64,000 bases of DNA from an uncultured Candidatus Rokubacteria bacterium (GTDB lineage Bacteria; Methylomirabilota; Methylomirabilia; Rokubacteriales; CSP1-6), in NCBI GenBank assembly GCA_963758635.1, contig CAVWWD010000008.1, forward strand, positions 64,001 through 128,000, given 5' to 3'. Under the pieces are notes generated by a model, which saw nothing but the letters and a program-made list of their open reading frames with translations, was not told the DNA's origin and made no database searches. This document shows, one piece after another, positions 58,929 to 64,000 of this stretch. Both the position numbers and the translations under genes were made by a program. Each line of letters begins with the position of its first letter. Positions within the stretch are counted from its first letter, which is position 1.

Positions 58929-60527
58929 ATGCGTGGCGTCGTCGTGTGTCCCCAGCCCCTCGCCGCCGAGATCGGCGCCGGCATCCTCGAGGCCGGCGGC
59001 AATGCCTTCGACGCCGCCATCGCGACGGCGTTCGCCCAGACCGTGACCGATCCGCAGATGTGCGGGCTCGGCGGCTTCGGCGCCGCCACCTGCGCGGCGG
59101 GCGGTCGCGCCTGGCATGTGGCCTTCCACGCGCGCATGGGCAGCCGCGCCACCCCGGACATGTGGGCGGCGGACTGCCGCGGCAAGCTCGAGCTGGGCGG
59201 CTACGTGCAGTTCGACGACCACCGCGCAAACCTCGGTCACCGATCGGTGTGCACGCCGGGGACGGTGGCGGGCCTCGCCGCGCTGCACCGGCACGCGCGG
59301 CTGCCGTGGAAGGACCTGCTCCAGCCCGCCGCCGACCTCGCGCGGCGGGGATTCGCCGCGCCGAACTACATGTTCGAGCTGCTGGTGGGGCTAGCCACGC
59401 CGGGCATGCCGAGCGCGGTCGAGCGCGTCAGCTACACGAAGGACTCGGCCGCGCTCTGGTGCCGGCCCGACGGCTCGATCAAGCAGCCCGGCGACCTCGT
59501 GTCGAGCGGCGATGCCGCGGCCACGCTCGAACGCCTGGGGCGCGTGGGCGCGCGCGACTTCTACGAGGGCGAGCTGGCCGAGGCCATCGGCGCCGAGCTC
59601 GAGCGCGGCGGCGGCTACGTCACGCGCGAGGACCTGCGGGGATACCGTGTCCGCGAGGGCGATCCCGTGATCGGGCGCTTCCGCGGGCGTCGCGTCGTCT
59701 CCAGCACGCCGCCGGGCGGGGGCATCACGATGATCCAGATGCTCCACATCCTGGATCGGTTCCCCGCCGGCACGCCGTACGCCCCCGAGACCTACGTCCT
59801 TCACGCGCAAGCCATGCGCGAGGCCTTCGCCGAGCGCGCGCGCTCGATGGGCGATCCCGAGTTCGTGTCCGTGCCCGCCGGCGAGCTCCTCGGCGCGGGC
59901 TGGGCCGACGCGGCCGCCGATCGCATCCGTGGCCGCCGCGCGCCCGCCCCCGTCGAGGTGGGCGGAGGCGTGGGCACCACGCACCTCTCCGCGTGCGATG
60001 CCGAGGGCAACGTGGTGGCGCTCACCCACACGCTCGGCATGTTCTCGGGCGTGATCGTGCCCGGCACCGGCATCCCGCTGAACTCCGCGATGGACAACGT
60101 GGACCCGTACCCGGGACGGCCCAACTCCATCGCGCCGGGGAAGGCGCGCCTGTCCTCGATGTCGCCCACGATCGTCTTCGACGGAGACCAGCCGTGCCTG
60201 GTGAACGGCTCGCCCGGGACGAACGCGATCGCCACCAGCGTGTTCCAGGTCATCGCCAACACGATCGACCTCGAGATGAGCCCGGCCGAGGCGGTGGCCG
60301 CGCCGCGCGTGCACTGCGAGGGCGGGCCCGTGTTCGTGGAGGGCCGCATCAGCGCAGCCACCGAGGCGGCCCTCGTCGGGGCGGACTTCGACGTGCGGCG
60401 GATGCCCGGCAACTACCTGGCGAAGTTCGGGCGGAACCAGCTCATCGCGATCGACGCGGACGGCCGGTTCACGGGCGCCTCCGACCCGCGCCGCGACGGC
60501 GGTGTCTCGGCGTACAGCCGGCGGTGA
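58929..60527 (+). CDS. ggt: Gamma-glutamyltransferase family protein
   Basis: GGNAFDAAIA, PGTVAG, FYEGELA, GTTHLS (Thr nucleophile), LSSMSPT, GASDPR; AAGGAGG RBS. Confidence 0.92.
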   Translation: MRGVVVCPQPLAAEIGAGILEAGGNAFDAAIATAFAQTVTDPQMCGLGGFGAATCAAGGRAWHVAFHARMGSRATPDMWAADCRGKLELGGYVQFDDHRANLGHRSVCTPGTVAGLAALHRHARLPWKDLLQPAADLARRGFAAPNYMFELLVGLATPGMPSAVERVSYTKDSAALWCRPDGSIKQPGDLVSSGDAAATLERLGRVGARDFYEGELAEAIGAELERGGGYVTREDLRGYRVREGDPVIGRFRGRRVVSSTPPGGGITMIQMLHILDRFPAGTPYAPETYVLHAQAMREAFAERARSMGDPEFVSVPAGELLGAGWADAAADRIRGRRAPAPVEVGGGVGTTHLSACDAEGNVVALTHTLGMFSGVIVPGTGIPLNSAMDNVDPYPGRPNSIAPGKARLSSMSPTIVFDGDQPCLVNGSPGTNAIATSVFQVIANTIDLEMSPAEAVAAPRVHCEGGPVFVEGRISAATEAALVGADFDVRRMPGNYLAKFGRNQLIAIDADGRFTGASDPRRDGGVSAYSRR

Positions 60528-60550
60528 TGTCGGCCGGTGAGGTAGGGCAA

Positions 60551-60591
60551 CCGACCCTCACCCCGGCCCTCTCCCTGGGAGGGAGAGGGGG
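60551..60591. repeat. REP-like palindromic element
   Basis: CCGACCCTCACCCCGGCCCTCTCCCTGGGAGGGAGAGGGGG. Confidence 0.82.
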
Positions 60592-60614
60592 ATGAGAAGG
60601 AAGGGACCACCAGC

Positions 60615-61727
60615 ATGAACTTCGATTTCTCGACGGATCAGAAGGCGCTCCGTGACCAGGCGCGGAAGTTCCTGGGCGAGCATGCCTCGTCGACGCGCGT
60701 GCGCCGCATCCTCGACACCGAGGCGCCATACGACCACGAGCTGTGGAAGGGCATGGCCGAGATGGGCTGGATGGGCACGGCCATCCCCGAGAGCGCGGGC
60801 GGCGCCGGCTTCGGCCACCTCGAGCTGTGCGTGCTCGCCGAGGAGCTCGGGCGGAGCCTCGCGCCCACGCCGTTCTCGTCCACGATCTACCTGGCCGCCG
60901 AGGCGCTGCTCCTGGCCGGGTCCGACGCGCAGAAGCGGCAGTGGCTGCCGCGCATCGCGCAGGGCGGGGCCATCGGCTGCTTCGCCCTCGCCGAGGGCCC
61001 GCGCCCGCCGACCCCGGACAACCTGTCGGCGCGCGTCGCGAAGGGGAAGCTCACGGGCACCAAGGCGCCGGTGCTGGACGGGGACGTGGCGGACTTCGCG
61101 GTGGTGGCGGCGCGCGACGACGACGGCGCCCTGTCGCTGTGCCTGGTCGACCTCGGCGGGCCGGGCATCACGCGCGGCACGCTCAAGACGGTGGACCCGA
61201 CCCGTTCCGTGGCCCAGCTCAAGTTCACCGACACGCCCGCCGAGCCGCTGGGGCCGGCGGGCGGCGGCGCCGCGCTGATGGAGCGGCTGCTGGACCGGGC
61301 CGCCGTCCTCGTGGCGTTCGAGCAGGTCGGCGGCGCCCAGGCCGCGCTCGACATGGCGCGCGAGTACGCCGTGGGGCGCTTCGCCTTCGGCCGGCCCGTC
61401 GCGTCGTTCCAGGCGATCAAGCACAAGCTGGCCGACATGTACGTGGCGGTGGAGCTGGCGCGGTCGAACGCGTACTACGGCGCGTGGGCGCTTCACACCG
61501 ACGCGCCCGAGCTGCCGGTGGCCGCGGCGGCCGCCCGCGTGAGCGCCACCGAGGCGTACTTCCACGCCGCCAAGGAGAACATCCAGACGCACGGCGGCAT
61601 GGGCTTCACCTGGGAGTTCGACTGCCACCTCTACTACCGGCGGGCCAAGCTCCTGGCCCTGACGCTCGGCAGCGCCCGACGGTGGAAGGATCTCCTCATC
61701 ACGCGGCTCGAGGCCCGAGGCCAATGA
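60615..61727 (+). CDS. Acyl-CoA dehydrogenase, partner subunit (copy 2)
   Basis: MNFDFSTDQKALRDQARKFL; close paralog of 42506-43621. Confidence 0.94.
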   Translation: MNFDFSTDQKALRDQARKFLGEHASSTRVRRILDTEAPYDHELWKGMAEMGWMGTAIPESAGGAGFGHLELCVLAEELGRSLAPTPFSSTIYLAAEALLLAGSDAQKRQWLPRIAQGGAIGCFALAEGPRPPTPDNLSARVAKGKLTGTKAPVLDGDVADFAVVAARDDDGALSLCLVDLGGPGITRGTLKTVDPTRSVAQLKFTDTPAEPLGPAGGGAALMERLLDRAAVLVAFEQVGGAQAALDMAREYAVGRFAFGRPVASFQAIKHKLADMYVAVELARSNAYYGAWALHTDAPELPVAAAAARVSATEAYFHAAKENIQTHGGMGFTWEFDCHLYYRRAKLLALTLGSARRWKDLLITRLEARGQ

Positions 61728-61817
61728 CCCTCGCAGGGTACGGTAACCGCCACGGGCCCCTATAGTCCTACCGCTCGGCATGAGTCTGATGCGCTGAGGC
61801 TCACTAGGAGGACACCG

Positions 61818-63051
61818 ATGGACTTCACCGACACCCCGGAAGAGGCATCGTTCCGCCAGGAGACGCGCGCGTTCCTCGCCGCCAACGTCGAGCCCAAGCG
61901 CGGGACGTTCGAGACGTGGCAGAGCCGCCACGGGGACTACGAGGGTCTCCGGCTCGCCAAGGAGTTCCAGCGGAAGAAGGCCGAGGCCGGGCTCGCCGGC
62001 CTCCACTGGCCGAAGGACTGGGGCGGCCGCGGGCTGCCGCCGATCTACCAGGTCATCTACTCGCAGGAGGAGTCGCGCTATCTCGTGCCGCGCGGCTACT
62101 TCGAGATCGGCCTCGGCATGTGCATGCCGACGCTCTTCACCTACGGCACCGAGGAGCAGAAGCGGCGCTACGCGCCGGTGGCCCTGCGCGGCGAGGAGGT
62201 CTGGTGCCAGCTCTTCTCGGAGCCGGGCGCCGGCTCGGACCTCGCCGGGCTCCGCACGCGGTCCGTGAAGCGACGGCCACGAGTGGGTCGTGAACGGGCA
62301 GAAGATCTGGACGTCGGGCGCCCACTGGGCCGACATGGCCATCCTGGTCACCCGGAGCGATCCCAAGGTGGCCAAGCACAAGGGGCTCACGTTCTTCTTC
62401 CTGAGCATGAAGACGCCGGGGATCGAGACCCGGCGCATCAAGCAGATCTCCGGCGCCTCGCACTTCAACGAGGTGTACCTCACCGACGTGCGCATCCCCG
62501 ACAGCCAGCGCCTCGGCGCGGTGGGGCAGGGGTGGGGCGTCGCCATCACCACGCTCATGAACGAGCGCCTCAGCTCGGGCGAGTACCGCGGCCCCGACTT
62601 CGACGAGATCTTCTCCCTGGCCCGCGCGGTGGAGCTGGAGGACGGGCCGGCCATCAGGAACGCCGCGGTGCGCGAGCGCCTGGCCGACTTCTACGTGCGG
62701 AGCCAGGGCGTGCGCTGGTCGCGCTTCCGCACCATGACCGCGCTGTCGCGCGGCGACACGCCGGGCCCCGAGAACTCGATCGGCAAGCTGGTCCACGCCG
62801 CCAAGGGACAGGACATCGCCGCCTACGCGCTGGACCTGATGGACATGGGCGGGGTCGTCATGGACCACGAGTGGGCGCCAATGCGGGCCGCCTTCCAGGA
62901 GGCGCTCCTCTCGTCGCCCGGGTCGCGCATCGCGGCCGGCACCGACGAGATCCTTCGCAACATCATCGCCGAGCGTGTGCTCGGGCTCCCGCAGGACGTC
63001 CGCGTCGACCGCGAGCTGCCCTTCGAGGATCTGCCCACCGGCCGGCGCTAG
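61818..63051 (+). CDS. Acyl-CoA dehydrogenase, catalytic-type subunit (copy 2; frameshift near 62275)
   Basis: WCQLFSEPGAGSDLA, NGQKIWTS, TTLMNER, AGTDEILRN; paralog of 41185-42411. Confidence 0.93.
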
Positions 63052-63063
63052 AGGCGGCGCGCC

Positions 63064-64000
63064 ATGCCCGTTCCCCCCGGTGGCCTCGGCATCCGGCCGC
63101 GTCCGGCGGTCTCGGCTCGCGCGCGGCCGGCCCAGCTCCCGCCCCAGCTCCAGCGGTACGTGGATACGGCCCAGGCCGCGCTCGCGGAGCCGTTCACCGG
63201 CCTGACGACGGACGGCGCCGCCGTTCCCGGGCTCTTCTCCCTCGCGCCCACCGGCGTCTCGACGCGGCCGCTCGTGGACGCCGCCACCGCCTTCCTCGAC
63301 AGCCTCACCCCCGAGCAGCGCGCGCGGGCGCATGTTCCCGCTGGAGAGCCCGGCGTGGCGGCAGTGGAGCAACATCCATCCGTTCCTCATGCGCCACGGC
63401 GTCTCCCTCGACGAGATGACGCCGGTCCAGCGGGGCGGCGCCCTGGCCCTCCTCGGCGCCACGCCTGAGCGCGACGGCGCTCGACACCGCGCGCGACGTC
63501 ATGCGGCTCAACGAGCTCGTGCGGCTGATCACGGGGAGCGAGACCGAGTACGGCGAGTGGCTCTACTGGGTGAGCGTGATGGGCCGGCCGCAGGCCGGCG
63601 AGCCGTGGGGCTGGCAGATCGACGGCCACCATCTCATCGTGAACTGCTTCGTCCTCGGCGACCAGGTCGTCATGACGCCGCTCTTCATGGGATCGGAGCC
63701 GGTGTCGTTCCCGCCCGAGATGGGCGGGCGACGGATCTTCGGTGCCGAGGAGGGGAAGGGCCTCGCGCTGATGCGGACGCTGTCGCCCGAGCAGCGCCGC
63801 CGCGCCGTCCTGGGCGACACGCTGCCGATGGAGGTGTTCACGGCGGCCTTCCGCGACAACCTCCAGCTCCGCTACGAGGGGATCGACCACGGGGGCCTCA
63901 CCCCGGGGCAGCAGGCGATGGTGCGCGCGCTCCTCGAGCTCTACGTGAATCGCATGCGTCCGGGCCACGCCGCTGTGCGGATGGAGGAGGTGGAGCGGCA
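63064..64000 (+). CDS. DUF3500 domain protein (indels; runs off window)
   Basis: AATAFLDSLTPEQ, WRQWSNIHP, PWGWQIDGHHL, TPLFMGSEP, YEGI. Confidence 0.8.

Noticed and set aside
61761..61797. Tiny uORF (MSLMR) after TATAGT between the ACAD genes
   Set aside because: No RBS or conservation evidence; likely chance within an internal promoter leader.
1..64000. tRNA, rRNA, integrase or IS transposase
   Set aside because: None recognised by eye; a covariance-model search was not possible.

Overview
Very GC-rich bacterial DNA (roughly 70%+ by eye), densely coding. It carries many single-base indels, mostly in homopolymers, which split or falsely fuse genes and look like long-read assembly errors. 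Gene style (amidohydrolases, CoA-transferases, LLM oxidoreductases, acyl-CoA dehydrogenases, CCCTCTCCC...GGGAGAGGG intergenic repeats) is reminiscent of Rokubacteria-like soil bacteria; this is an impression, not a test. Content: a Ser/Thr kinase (cut by the left edge), a LysM/deacetylase-like lipoprotein, msrA, many catabolic enzymes, a DinB plus flavin-dependent halogenase pair, mscL, a CpxP/R/A-like triad, glgC, ald, two inverted copies of an acyl-CoA dehydrogenase pair, four toxin-antitoxin pairs plus an orphan antitoxin, and a lower-GC nuclease islet. Two hidden features stand out. (1) A stand-alone PrdB/GrdB-like selenoprotein (17208->16011) with an in-frame UGA in a UxxC motif, a SECIS-like hairpin 11 nt downstream and an extra C-terminal domain. 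(2) Divergent from it, a WYL-type HTH joined to the C-terminal half of Cas6, with no CRISPR array or other cas gene in the window, followed by an internally deleted SEC-C gene, MNT-HEPN and MazEF-type modules. No rRNA, tRNA or convincing CRISPR array was seen. All family calls come from motif recognition by eye, without database searches.
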